DNA of 64,000 bases from Eledone cirrhosa (lineage: Eukaryota), in the NCBI GenBank assembly GCA_964016885.1, contig OZ024741.1:396614001-396678000 (forward strand), given 5' to 3'. A program made the position numbers and the translations under genes. Shown here piece by piece: positions 15,001 to 29,899 of this stretch (the stretch's first letter is position 1; the number at the start of each line of letters is the position of its first letter). The notes beneath the pieces were generated by a model. It was not told where the DNA came from. It saw only the letters and a list, made by a program, of their open reading frames with translations, and did not search any database.

Positions 15001-18000
15001 GGTCAAAGTGCATCAATCAGTCACACCACAAGGGTCAAAGTGCATCAATCAGTCACACCACAAGGGTCAAAGTGCATCAATCAGTCACACCACAAGAGTC
15101 AAAGTGCATCAATCAGTCACACCACAAGGGTCAAAGTGCATCAATCAGTCACACCACAAGAGTCAAAGTGTTTCAATCAGTCACACCACAAGGGTCAAAG
15201 TGCATCAATCAGTCACACCACAAGGGTCAAAGTGTTTCAATCAGTCACACCACAAGGGTCAAAGTGCATCAATCAGTCACACCACAAGAGTCAAAGTGTT
15301 TCAATCAGTCACACCACAAGGGTCAAAGTGCATCAATCAGTCACACCACAAGAGTCAAAGTGTTTCAATCAGTCACACCACAAGGGTCAAAGTGCATCAA
15401 TCAGTCACACCACAAGGGTCAAAGTGTTTCAATCAGTCACACCACAAGGGTCAAAGTGCATCAATCAGTCACACCACAAGAGTTAAAGTGCATCAATCAG
15501 TCACACCACAAGGGTCAAAGTGCATCAATCAGTCACACCACAAGAGTCAAAGTGTTTCAATAAGTCACACCACAAGGGTCAAAGTGCATCAATCAGTCAC
15601 ACCTCAAGGGTCAAAGTGCATCAATCAGTCACATCACAAGAGTCAAAGTGTTTCAATCAGTCACACCACAAGGGTCAAAGTGCATCAATCAGTTACACGA
15701 CAAGGGTCAAAGTGTTTCAATCAGTCACACCACAAGGGTCAAAGTGCATCAATCAGTCACACCACAAGGGTCAAAGTGCATCAATCAGTCACACCACAAG
15801 GGTCAAATTGTTTCAATCAGTCACACCACAAGGGTCAAAGTGCATCAATCAGTCACACCACAAGGGTCAAAGTGCATCAATCAGTCACACCATAAGGGTC
15901 AAAGTGCATCAATCAGTCACACCATAAGGGTCAAAGTGCATCAATCAGTCACACCACAAGGGTCAAAGTGCGTCAATCAGTTACACCACAAGGGTCAAAG
16001 TGCATCAATCAGTCACACCACAAGGGTCAAAGTGCATCAATCAGTCACACCACAAGGGTCAAAGTGCATCAATCAGTCACACCACAAGGGTCAAAGTGCA
16101 TCAATCAGTCACACCACAAGGGTAAAAGTGCATCAATCAGTCACACCACAAGGGTCAAAGTGCATCAATCAGTTACACCACAAGGGTAAAGTGCATCAAT
16201 CAGTCACACCACAAGGGTCAAAGTGCATCAATCAGTCACACCACAAGGGTCAAAGTGCATCAATCAGTCACACCACAAGGGTCAAAGTGCATCAATCAGT
16301 CACACCACAAGGGTCAAAGTGCATCAATCAGTCACACCACAAGAGTCAAAGTGCATCAATCAGTCACACCACAAGGGTCAAAGTGCATCAATCAGTCACA
16401 CCACAAGAGTCAAAGTGTTTCAATCAGTCACACCACAAGGGTCAAAGTGCATCAATCAGTCACACCACAAGGGTCAAAGTGTTTCAATCAGTCACACCAC
16501 AAGGGTCAAAGTGCATCAATCAGTCACACCACAAGAGTCAAAGTGTTTCAATCAGTCACACCACAAGGGTCAAAGTGCATCAATCAGTCACACCACAAGA
16601 GTCAAAGTGTTTCAATCAGTCACACCACAAGGGTCAAAGTGCATCAATCAGTCACACCACAAGGGTCAAACTGTTTCAATCAGTCACACCACAAGGGTCA
16701 AAGTGCATCAATCAGTCACACCACAAGAGTTAAAGTGCATCAATCAGTCACACCACAAGGGTCAAAGTGCATCAATCAGTCACACCACAAGAGTCAAAGT
16801 GTTTCAATAAGTCACACCACAAGGGTCAAAGTGCATCAATCAGTCACACCTCAAGGGTCAAAGTGCATCAATCAGTCACATCACAAGAGTCAAAGTGTTT
16901 CAATCAGTCACACCACAAGGGTCAAAGTGCATCAATCAGTTACACGACAAGGGTCAAAGTGTTTCAATCAGTCACACCACAAGGGTCAAAGTGCATCAAT
17001 CAGTCACACCACAAGGGTCAAAGTGCATTAATCAGTCACACCACAAGGGTCAAATTGTTTCAATCAGTCACACCACAAGGGTCAAAGTGCATCAATCAGT
17101 CACACCACAAGGGTCAAAGTGCATCAATCAGTCACACCATAAGGGTCAAAGTGCATCAATCAGTCACACCATAAGGGTCAAAGTGCATCAATCAGTCACA
17201 CCACAAGGGTCAAAGTGCGTCAATCAGTTACACCACAAGGGTCAAAGTGCATCAATCAGTCACACCACAAGGGTCAAAGTGCATCAATCAGTCACACCAC
17301 AAGGGTCAAAGTGCATCAATCAGTCACACCACAAGGGTCAAAGTGCATCAATCAGTCACACCACAAGGGTAAAAGTGCATCAATCAGTCACACCACAAGG
17401 GTCAAAGTGCATCAATCAGTTACACCACAAGGGTAAAGTGCATCAATCAGCCACACCACAAGGGTCAAAGTGTTTCAATCAGTCACACCACAAGGGTCAA
17501 AGTGTTTCAATCAGTCACACCACAAGGGTCAAAGTGCATCAATCAGTCACACCACAAGGGTCAAAGTGCATCAATCAGTCACACCACAAGAGTCAAAGTG
17601 CATCAATCAGTCACACCACAAGGGTCAAAGTGCATCAATCAGTCACACCACAAGGGTCAAAGTGCATCAATCAGTCACACCACAAGGGTCAAAGTGCATC
17701 AATCAGTCACACCACAAGGGTCAAAGTGCATCAATCAGTCACACCACAAGAGTCAAAGTGCATCAATCAGTCACACCACAAGGGTCAAAGTGCATCAATC
17801 AGTCACACCACAAGGGTCAAAGTGCATCAATCAGTCACACCACAAGGGTCAAAGTGCATCAATCAGTCACACCACAAGGGTCAAAGTGCATCAATCAGTC
17901 ACACCACAAGGGTCAAATTCCTTCAATCAGTCACACCACAAGAGTCAAAGTGCATCAATCAGTCACACCACAAAAGTCAAAGTGCATCAATCAGTTACAC

Positions 18001-21000
18001 CACAAGGGTCAAAGTGCATCAATCAGCCACACCACAAGGGTCAAAGTGTTTCAATCAGTCACACCACAAGGGTCAAAGTGCATCAATCAGCCACACCACA
18101 AGGATCAAAGTGTTTCAATCAGTCACACCACAAGGGTCAAAGTGTTTCAATCAGTCACACCACAAGGGTCAAAGTGCATCAATCAGTCACACCACAAGGG
18201 TCAAAGTGCATCAATCAGTCACACCACAAGAGTCAAAGTGCATCAATCAGTCACACCACAAGAGTCAAAGTACATCAATCAGTCACACCACAAGGGTCAA
18301 AGTGCATCAATCAGTCACACCACAAGGGTCAAAGTGCATCAATCAGTCACACCACAAGGGTCAAAGTGCATCAATCAGTCACACCACAAGGGTCAAAGTG
18401 CATCAATCAGTCACACCACAAGGGTCAAAGTGCATCAATCAGTCACACCACAAGAGTCAAAGTGCATCAATCGGCCACACCACAAGAGTCAAAGTGCATC
18501 AATCAGTCACACCACAAGGGTCAAAGTGCATCAATCAGTCACACCACAAGGGTCAAAGTGCATCAATCAGTCACACCACAAGAGTCAAAGTGCATCAATC
18601 AGTCACACCACAAGGGTCAAAGTGCATCAATCAGTCACACCACAAGGGTCAAAGTGCATCAATCAGTCACACCACAAGGGTCAAAGTGCATCAATCAGTC
18701 ACACCACAAGGGTCAAAGTGCATCAATCAGTCACACCACAAGGGTCAAATTCCTTCAATCAGTCACACCACAAGAGTCAAAGTGCATCAATCAGTCACAC
18801 CACAAAAGTCAAAGTGCATCAATCAGTTACACCACAAGGGTCAAAGTGCATCAATCAGCCACACCACAAGGGTCAAAGTGTTTCAATCAGTCACACCACA
18901 AGGGTCAAAGTGCATCAATCAGCCACACCACAAGGATCAAAGTGTTTCAATCAGTCACACCACAAGGGTCAAAGTGTTTCAATCAGTCACACCACAAGGG
19001 TCAAAGTGCATCAATCAGTCACACCACAAGGGTCAAAGTGCATCAATCAGTCACACCACAAGAGTCAAAGTGCATCAATCAGTCACACCACAAGAGTCAA
19101 AGTGCATCAATCAGTCACACCACAAGGGTCAAAGTGCATCAATCAGTCACACCACAAGGGTCAAAGTGCATCAATCAGTCACACCACAAGGGTCAAAGTG
19201 CATCAATCAGTCACACCACAAGGGTCAAAGTGCATCAATCAGTCACACCACAAGGGTCAAAGTGCATCAATCAGTCACACCACAAGAGTCAAAGTGCATC
19301 AATCGGCCACACCACAAGAGTCAAAGTGCATCAATCAGTCACACCACAAGGGTCAAAGTGCATCAATCAGTCACACCACAAGGGTCAAAGTGCATCAATC
19401 AGTCACACCACAAGAGTCAAAGTGCATCAATCAGTCACACCACAAGGGTCAAAGTGCATCAATCAGTCACACCACAAGGGTCAAAGTGCATCAATCAGTC
19501 ACACCACAAGGGTCAAAGTGCATCAATCAGTCACACCACAAGGGTCAAAGTGCATCAATCAGTCACACCACAAGGGTCAAATTCCTTCAATCAGTCACAC
19601 CACAAGAGTCAAAGTGCATCAATCAGTCACACCACAAAAGTCAAAGTGCATCAATCAGTCACACCACAAGGGTCAAATTCATTCAATCAGTCACACCACA
19701 AGAGTCAAAGTGCATCAATCAGTCACACCACAAGGGTCAAAGTGCATCAATCAGTCACACCACAAGGGTCAAAGTGCATCAATCAGTCACACCACAAGGG
19801 TCAAAGTGCATCAATCAGTCACACCACAAGGGTCAAAGTGCATCAATCAGTCACACCACAAGAGTCAAAGTGCATCAATCAGTCACACCACAAGGGTCAA
19901 AGTGCATCAATCAGTCACACCACAAGGGTCAAAGTGCATCAATCAGTCACACCACAAGTGTCAAAGTGCATCAATCAGTCACACCACAAGAGTCAAAGTG
20001 CATCAATCAGTCACACCACAAGGGTCAAATTCCTTCAATCAGTCACACCACAAGAGTAAAAGTGCATCAATGAGTCACACCACATGGGTCGAAGTGCATC
20101 AATCAGTCACACCACAAGGGTCAAAGTGTTTCAATCAGTCACACCACAAGGGTCAAAGTGCATCAATCAGTCACACCACAAGGGTCAAAGTGTTTCAATC
20201 AGTCACACCACAAGGGTCAAAGTGCATCAATCAGTCACACCACAAGAGTCAAAGTGCATCAATCAGTCACACCACAAGGGTCAAAGTGCATCAATCAGTC
20301 ACACCACAAGGGTCAAAGTGTTTCAATCAGTCACACCACAAGGGTCAAAGTGCATCAATCAGTCACACCACAAGGGTCAAAGTGCATCAATCAGTCACAC
20401 CACAAGGGTCAAAGTGCATCAATCAGTCACACAACAAGGGTCAAATTCCTTCAATCAGTCACACCACAAGGGTCAAAGTGTTTCAATCAGTCACACCACA
20501 AGGGTCAAAGTGCATCAATCAGTCACACCACAAGGGTCAAAGTGCATCAATCAGTCACACCACAAGGGTCAAATTCCTTCAATCAGTCACACCACAAGGG
20601 TCAAAGTGTTTCAATCAGTCACACCACAAGGGTCAAAGTGCATCAATCAGTTACACCACAACGGTCAAATTCCTTCAATCAGTCACACCACAATAGTCAA
20701 AGTGCATCAATCAGTCACACCACAAGAGTCAAAGTGCATCAATCAGTCACACCACAAGGGTCAAAGTGCATCAATCAGTCACACCACAAGGGTCAAAGTG
20801 TTTCAATCAGTCACACTACAAGGGTCAAAGTGCATCAATCAGTCACACCACAAGAGTCAAAGTGTTTCAATCAGTCACACCACAAGGGTCAAAGTGCATC
20901 AATCAGTCACACCACAAGGGTCAAAGTGTTTCAATCAGTGACACCACAAGGGTCAAAGTGCATCAATCAGTCACACCACAAGAGTCAAAGTGTTTCAATC

Positions 21001-24000
21001 AGTCACACCACAAGGGTCAATGTGCATCAATCAGTCACACCACAAGAGTCAAAGTGTTTCAATCAGTCACACCACAAGGGTCAAAGTGCATCAATCAGTC
21101 ACACCACATGGGTCAAAGTGTTTCAATCAGACACACCACAAGGGTCAAAGTGCATCAATCAGTCACACCACAAGGGTCAAAGTGCATCAATCAGTCACAT
21201 CACAAGAGTCAAAGTGTTTCAATCAGTCACACCACAAGGGTCAAAGTGCATCAATCAGTGACACGACAAGGGTCAAAGTGTTTCAATCAGTCACACCACA
21301 AGGGTCAAAGTGCATCAATCAGTCACACCACAAGGGTCAAAGTGCATCAATCAGTCACACCACAAGGGTCAAAGTGTTTCAATCAGTCACACCACAAGGG
21401 TCAAAGTGCATCAATCAGTCACACCACAAGGGTCAAAGTGCATCAATCAGTCACACCACAAGGGTCAAAGTGCATCAATCAGTCACACCATAAGGGTCAA
21501 AGTGCATCAATCAGTCACACCACAAGGGTCAAAGTGTTTCAATCAGTCACACCACAAGGGTCAAAGTGTTTCAATCAGTCACACCACAAGGGTCAAAGTG
21601 CATCAATCAGTCACACCACAAGGGTCAAAGTGCATCAATCAGTCACACCACAAGGGTCAAAGTGCATCAATCAGTCACACCACAAGAGTCAAAGTGCATC
21701 AATCAGTCACACCACAAGAGTCAAAGTGCATCAATCAGTCACACCACAAGGGTCAAAGTGCATCAATCAGTCACACCACAAGGGTCAAAGTGCATCAATC
21801 AGTCACACCACAAGGGTCAAAGTGCATCAATCAGTCACACCACAAGGGTCAAAGTGCATCAATCAGTCACACCACAAGGGTCAAAGTGCATCAATCAGTC
21901 ACACCACAAGAGTCAAAGTGCATCAATCGGCCACACCACAAGAGTCAAAGTGCATCAATCAGTCACACCACAAGGGTCAAAGTGCATCAATCAGTCACAC
22001 CACAAGGGTCAAAGTGCATCAATCAGTCACACCACAAGAGTCAAAGTGCATCAATCAGTCACACCACAAGGGTCAAAGTGCATCAATCAGTCACACCACA
22101 AGGGTCAAAGTGCATCAATCAGTCACACCACAAGAGTCAAAGTGCATCAATCAGTCACACCACAAGGGTCAAAGTGCATCAATCAGTCACACCACAAGGG
22201 TCAAAGTGCATCAATCAGTCACACCACAAGGGTCAAATTCCTTCAATCAGTCACACCACAAGAGTCAAAGTGCATCAATCAGTCACACCACAAGAGTCAA
22301 AGTGCATCAATCAGTCGCACCACAAGGGTGAAATTCCTTCAATCAGTCACACCACGAGAGTCAAAGTGCATCAATCAGTCACACCACAAGGGTCAAATTC
22401 CTTCAATCAGTCACACCACAAGAGTCAAAGTGCATCAATCAGTCACACCACAAGAGTCAAAGTGCATCAATCAGTCACACCAAAAGGGTCAAAGTGCATC
22501 AATCAGCCACACCACAAGGGTCAAAGTGCATCAATCAGTCACACCACAAGAGTCAAAGTGCATCAATCAGTCACACCACAAGTGTCAAAGTGCATCAATC
22601 AGTCACACCACAAGGCTCAAAGTGCATCAATCAGTCACACCACAAGGGTCAAATTCCTTCAATCAGTCACACCACAAGACTCAAATTGCATCAATCAGTC
22701 ACACCACAAGAGTCAAAGTGCATCAATGAGTCACACCACAAGTGTCGAAGTGCATCAATCAGTCACACCACAAGGGTCAAAGTGTTTCAATCAGTCACAC
22801 CACAAGGGTCAAAGTGTTTCAATCAGTCACACCACAAGGGTCAAAGTGCATCAATCAGTCACACCACAAGAGTCAAAGTGCATCAATCAGTCACACCACA
22901 AGGGTCAAAGTGCATCAATCAGTCACACCACAAGGGTCAAAGTGTTTCAATCAGTCACACCACAAGGGTAAAAGTGCATCAATCAGTCACACCACAAGGG
23001 TCAAAGTGCATCAATCAGTCACACCACAAGGGTCAAAGTGCATCAATCAGTCACACCACAAGGGTCAAATTCCTTCAATCAGTCACACCACAAGGGTCAA
23101 AGTGTTTCAATCAGTCACACCACAAGGGTCAAAGTGCATCAATCAGTCACACCACAAGGGTCAAAGTGCATCAATCAGTCACACCACAAGGGTCAAATTC
23201 CTTCAATCAGTCACACCACAAGGGTCAAAGTGTTTCAATCAGTCACACCACAAGGGTCAAAGTGCATCAATCAGTCACACCACAAGGGTCAAATTCCTTC
23301 AATCAGTCACACCACAATAGTCAAAGTGCATCAATCAGACACACCACAAGAGTCAAAGTGTTTCAATCAGTCACACCACAAGGGTCAAAGTGTTTCAATC
23401 AGTCACACCACAAGGGTCAAATCCCTTCAATCAGTCACACCACAAGGGTCAAAGTGCATCAATCAGTCACACCACAAGGGTCAAAGTGTTTCAATCAGTC
23501 ACACTACAAGGGTCAAAGTGCATCAATCAGTCACACCACAAGAGTCAAAGTGTTTCAATCAGTCACACCACAAGGGTCAAAGTGCATCAATCAGTCACAC
23601 CACAAGGGTCAAAGTGTTTCAATCAGTCACACCACAAGGGTCAAAGTGCATCAATCAGTCACACCACAAGAGTCAAAGTGTTTCAATCAGTCACACCACA
23701 AGGGTCAAAGTGCATCAATCAGTCACACCACAAGAGTCAAAGTGTTTCAATCAGTCACACCACAAGGGTCAAAGTGCATCAATCAGTCACACCACAAGGG
23801 TCAAAGTGTTTCAATCAGTCACACCACAAGGGTCAAAGTGCATCAATCAGTCACACCACAAGAGTCAAAGTGCATCAATCAGTCACACCACAAGGGTCAA
23901 AGTGCATCAATCAGTCACACCACAAGAGTCAAAGTGTTTCAATAAGTCACACCACAAGGGTCAAAGTGCATCAATCAGTCACACCACAAGGGTCAAAGTG

Positions 24001-27000
24001 CATCAATCAGTCACATCACAAGAGTCAAAGTGTTTCAATCAGTCACACCACAAGGGTCAAAGTGCATCAATCAGTTACACGACAAGGGTCAAAGTGTTTC
24101 AATCAGTCACACCACAAGGGTCAAAGTGCATCAATCAGTCACACCACAAGGGTCAAAGTGCATCAATCAGTCACACCACAAGGGTCAAAGTGTTTCAATC
24201 AGTCACACCACAAGGGTCAAAGTGCATCAATCAGTCACACCACAAGGGTCAAAGTGCATCAATCAGTCACACCACAAGGGTCAAAGTGCATCAATCAGTC
24301 ACACCATAAGGGTCAAAGTGCATCAATCAGTCACACCACAAGGGTCAAAGTGCGTCAATCAGTTACACCACAAGGGTCAAAGTGAATCTATCAGCCACAC
24401 CACAAGGCTCAAAGTGCATCAATCAGTCACACCACAAGGGTCAAAGTGCATCAATCAGTCACACCACAAGGGTCAAAGTGCATCAATCAGTCACACCACA
24501 AGGGTAAAAGTGCATCAATCAGTCACACCACAAGGGTCAAAGTGCATCAATCAGTTACACCACAAGGGTCAAAGTGCATCAATCAGCCACACCATAAGGG
24601 TCAAAGTGTTTCAATCAGTCACACCACAAGGGTCAAAGTGCATCAATCAGCCACACCACAAGGATCAAAGTGTTTCAATCAGTCACACCACAAGGGTCAA
24701 AGTGTTTCAATCAGTCACACCACAAGGGTCAAAGTGCATCAATCAGTCACACCACAAGGGTCAAAGTGCATCAATCAGTCACACCACAAGGGTCAAAGTG
24801 CATCAATCAGTCACACCACAAGAGTCAAAGTGCATCAATCAGTCACACCACAAGAGTCAAAGTGCATCAATCAGTCACACCACAAGGGTCAAAGTGCATC
24901 AATCACTCACACCACAAGGGTCAAAGTGCATCAATCAGTCACACCACAAGGGTCAAAGTGCATCAATCAGTCACACCACAAGAGTCAAAGTGCATCAATC
25001 GGCCACACCACAAGAGTCAAAGTGCATCAATCAGTCACACCACAAGGGTCAAAGTTCATCAATCAGTCACACCACAAGGGTCAAAGTGCATCAATCAGTC
25101 ACACCACAAGAGTCAAAGTGCATCAATCAGTCACACCACAAGGGTCAAAGTGCATCAATCAGTCACACCACAAGGGTCAAAGTGCATCAATCAGTCACAC
25201 CACAAGAGTCAAAGTGCATCAATCAGTCACACCACAAGGGTCAAAGTGCATCAATCAGTCACACCACAAGGGTCAAAGTGCATCAATCAGTCACACCACA
25301 AGGGTCAAATTCCTTCAATCAGTCACACCACAAGAGTCAAAGTGCATCAATCAGTCACACCACAAGAGTCAAAGTGCATCAATCAGTCGCACCACAAGGG
25401 TGAAATTCCTTCAATCAGTCACACCACGAGAGTCAAAGTGCATCAATCAGTCACACCACAAGGGTCAAATTCCTTCAATCAGTCACACCACAAGAGTCAA
25501 AGTGCATCAATCAGTCACACCACAAGAGTCAAAGTGCATCAATCAGTCACACCACAAGGGTCAAAGTGCATCAATCAGTCACACCACAAGAGTCAAAGTG
25601 CATCAATCAGTCACACCACAAGTGTCAAAGTGCATCAATCAGTCACACCACAAGGGTCAAAGTGCATCAATCAGTCACACCACAAGGGTCAAATTCCTTC
25701 AATCAGTCACACCACAAGACTCAAAGTGCATCAATCAGTCACACCACAAGAGTCAAAGTGCATCAATCAGTCACACCACAAGGGTCAAATTCCTTCAATC
25801 AGTCACACCACAAGAGTCAAAGTGCATGAATCAGTCACACCACAAGGGTCAAAGTGCATCAATCAGTCACACCACAAGGGTCAAAGTGCATCAATCAGTC
25901 ACACCACAAGGGTCAAAGTGCATCAATCAGTCACACCACAAGAGTCAAAGTGCATCAATCAGTCACACCACAAGGGTCAAAGTGCATCAATCAGTCACAC
26001 CACAAGGGTCAAAGTGCATCAATCAGTCACACCACAAGGGTCAAAGTGCATCAATCAGTCACACCACAAGAGTCAAAGTGCATCAATCAGTCACACCACA
26101 AGGGTCAAATTCCTTCAATCAGTCACACCACAAGAGTCAAAGTGCATCAATCAGTCACACCACAAGGGTCGAAGTGCATCAATCAGTCACACCACAAGGG
26201 TCAAAGTGTTTCAATCAGTCACACCACAAGGGTCAAAGTGCATCAATCAGTCACACCACAAGGGTCAAAGTGCATCAATCAGTCACACCACAAGAGTCAA
26301 AGTGCATCAATCAGTCACACCACAAGGGTCAAAGTGCATCAATCAGTCACACCACAAGGGTCAAAGTGTTTCAATCAGTCACACCACAAGGGTCAAAGTG
26401 CATCAATCAGTCACACCACAAGGGTCAAAGTGCATCAATCAGTCACACCACAAGGGTCAAATTCCTTCAATCAGTCACACCACAAGGGTCAAAGTGTTTC
26501 AATCAGTCACACCACAAGGGTCAAAGTGCATCAATCAGTCACACCACAAGGGTCAAATTCCTTCAATCAGTCACACCACAAGAGTCAAAGTGCATCAATC
26601 AGTCACACCACAAGAGTCAAAGTGTTTCAATCAGTCACACCACAAGGGTCAAAGTGTTTCAATCAGTCACACCACAAGGGTCAAATCCTGTCAATCAGTC
26701 ACACCACAAGGGTCAAAGTGCATCAATCAGTCACACCACAAGGGTCAAAGTGTTTCAATCAGTCACACTACAAGGGTCAAAGTGCATCAATCAGTCACAC
26801 CACAAGGGTCAAATTCCTTCAATCAGTCACACCACAAGAGTCAAAGTGCAACAATCAGTCACACCACAAGAGTCAAAGTGTTTCAATCAGTCACACTACA
26901 AGGGTCAAAGTGCATCAATCAGTCACACCACAAGAGTCAAAGTGTTTCAATCAGTCACACCACAAGGGTCAAATTGCATCAATCAGTCACACCACAAGGG

Positions 27001-28603
27001 TCAAAGTGTTTCAATCAGTCACACCACAAGGGTCAAAGTGCATCAATCAGTCACACCACAAGAGTCAAAGTGTTTCAATCAGTCACACCACAAGGGTCAA
27101 AGTGCATCAATCAGTCACACCACAAAAGTCAAAGTGTTTCAATCAGTCACACCACAAGGGTCAAAGTGCATCAATCAGTCACACCACAAGGGTCAAAGTG
27201 CATCAATCAGTCACACCACAAGGGTCAAAGTGCATCAATCAGTCACACCACAAGAGTCAAAGTGCATCAATCAGTCACACCACAAGGGTCAAAGTGCATC
27301 AATCAGTCACACCACAAGAGTCAAAGTGTTTCAATAAGTCACACCACAAGGGTCAAAGTGCATCAATCAGTTAAACCACAAGGGTCAAAGTGTTTCAATC
27401 AGTCACACCACAAGGGTCAAAGTGCATCAATCAGTCACACCACAAGGGTCAAAGTGCATCAATCAGCCACACCACATGGGTCAAAGTGTTTCAATCAGTC
27501 ACACCACAAGGGTCAAAGTGCATCAATCAGCCACACCACAAGGATCAAAGTGTTTCAATCAGTCACACCACAAGGGTCAAAGTGTTTCAATCAGTCACAC
27601 CACAAGGGTCAAATTGCATCAATCAGTCACACCACAAGGGTCAAAGTGCATCAATCAGTCACACCACAAGGGTCAAAGTACATCAATCAGTCACACCACA
27701 AGAGTCAAAGTGCATCAATCAGTCACACCACAAGAGTCAAAGTGCATCAATCAGTCACACCACAAGGGTCAAAGTGCATCAATCAGTCACACCACAAGGG
27801 TCAAAGTGCATCAATCAGTCACACCACAAGGGTCAAAGTGCATCAATCAGTCACACCACAAGAGTCAAAGTGCATCAATCAGTCACACCACAAGGGTCAA
27901 AGTGCATCAATCAGTCTCACCACAAGAGTCAAAGTGCATCAATCAGTCACACCACAAGGGTCAAAGTGCATCATTCAGTCACACCACAATGGTCAAAGTG
28001 CATCAATCAGTCACACCACAAGGGTCAAAGTGCATCATTCAGTCACACCACAATGGTCAAAGTGCATCAATCAGTCACACCACAAGAGTCAAAGTGCATC
28101 AATCAGTCACACCACAAGGGTCAAAGTGCTTCAATCAGTCACACCACAAGGGTCAAAGTTCTTCAATCAGTCACACCACAAGGGTCAAAGTGTTTCTATC
28201 AGTCACACCACAAGGGTCAAAGTGTTTCTATCAGTCACACCACAAGGGTCAAAGTGCTTCAATCAGTCACACCACAAGGGTCAAAGTGCTTCAATCAGTC
28301 ACACCACAAGGGTCAAAGTGTTTCTATCAGTCACACCACAAGGGTCAAAGTGCTTCAATCAGTCACACCACAAGGGTCAAAGTGCTTCAATCAGTCACAC
28401 CACAAGGGTCAAAGTCTTTCTATCAGTCACACCACAAGGGTCAAAGTGTTTCTATCAGTCACACCACAAGGGTCAAAGTGTTTCTATCAGTCACACCACA
28501 AGGGTCAAAGTGTTTCTATCAGTCACACCACAAGGGTCAAAGTGCTTCTATCAGTCACACCACAAGGGTCAAAGTGTTTCTATCAGTCACACCACAAGGG
28601 TCA
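1..28603. repeat. 32-bp satellite array, consensus AAGGGTCAAAGTGCATCAATCAGTCACACCAC, ~890 monomers, open at the left window edge
   Basis: Continuous 32-bp periodicity with recurrent variants (AAGAGTC, GTGTTTC, ATTCCTTC); ends abruptly at ...CACAAGGGTCA|GTGAAC. Confidence 0.99.
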
Positions 28604-29719
28604 GTGAACTAAACAGGCTTTTATAAGATCATAAAATGTTGTTATATTTATTCATGATTGTATAAATAACGTTACTAATTATAATTCTTCCAGAGTGAAA
28701 ATAGATGCAAATAATATATATATAATATATATATTAATATATATATTATATATATAATAATATATATAATAATATATATATTAATATATATATTATATAT
28801 ATAATAATATATATAATAATATATATATAATATATATAATAATATATATAATAATATATATAATAATATATATAATAATATATATAATAATATATATAAT
28901 AATATATATAATAATATATATAATAATATATATATAATATATATAATAATATATATTATAATATATATAATAATATATATAATAATATATATAATAATAT
29001 ATATAATAATATATATAATAATATATATAATAATATATATAATAATATATATAATAATATATATATAATATATATAATAATATATATAATAATATATATA
29101 ATAATATATATAATAATATATATAATAATATATATAATAATATATATATAATATATATAATAATATATATAATAATATATATACAGTATATATAATAATA
29201 TATATAATAATATATACAATAATATATATAATAATATATATAATAATATATATAATAATATATATATAATATATATAATAATATATATAATAATATATAT
29301 AATAATAATATATATAATAATATATATAATGATATATATAATAATATATATAATAATATATATAATAATATATATAATAATATATATAATAATATATATA
29401 ATAATATATATAATAATATATATAATAATATATATATAATATATATAATAATATATATAATAATATATATAATAATATATATAATAATATATATAATAAT
29501 ATATATATAATATATATAATAATATATATAATAATATATATAATAATATATATAATAATATATATAATAATATATATAATAATATATATAATAATATATA
29601 TAATAATATATATAATAATATATATATAATATATATAATAATATATATAATAATATATATAATAATATATATAATAAAATATATATCAATATATATATAA
29701 TATATATAATAATATATAT

Positions 29720-29899
29720 GGTACGGCAGTATCGGTAGAGAGTCGGACGCCATGCTTTCCAGCATAGTTACATCCCTTTACGATCTGAGTTCAAATCCCG
29801 CCGAGGTTGACTTTGCCTTTCATCCTTACGGGGTCGATAAAATAAAGTACCAGTAATGAACTGGGAAATTGCTGGCCTTGTGCCTAAAGTAGAAACAAA
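29720..29899 (+). mobile_element. tRNA-derived SINE, copy 1 (a few 5' bases missing)
   Basis: A-box-like GGCAGTATCGG, B-box GAGTTCAAATCC, central GCCTTTCATCCTTACGGGGTCGATAAAATAAAGTACCAG, 3' GGCCTTGTGCCTAAAGTAGAAAC; six related copies in the window. Confidence 0.9.

Noticed and set aside
1-28603. CRISPR-like 32-bp repeats
   Set aside because: Monomers are head-to-tail with no unique spacers, there are no cas genes, and the context is eukaryotic.
32-28626. Dozens of long ORFs (HQSVTPQGSKCINQSHHKGQSASISHTTRVKV repeats)
   Set aside because: The 32-bp monomer has no + strand stop in any frame, so all three frames give the same peptide. Stops arise at random variants, so this is a satellite artefact.
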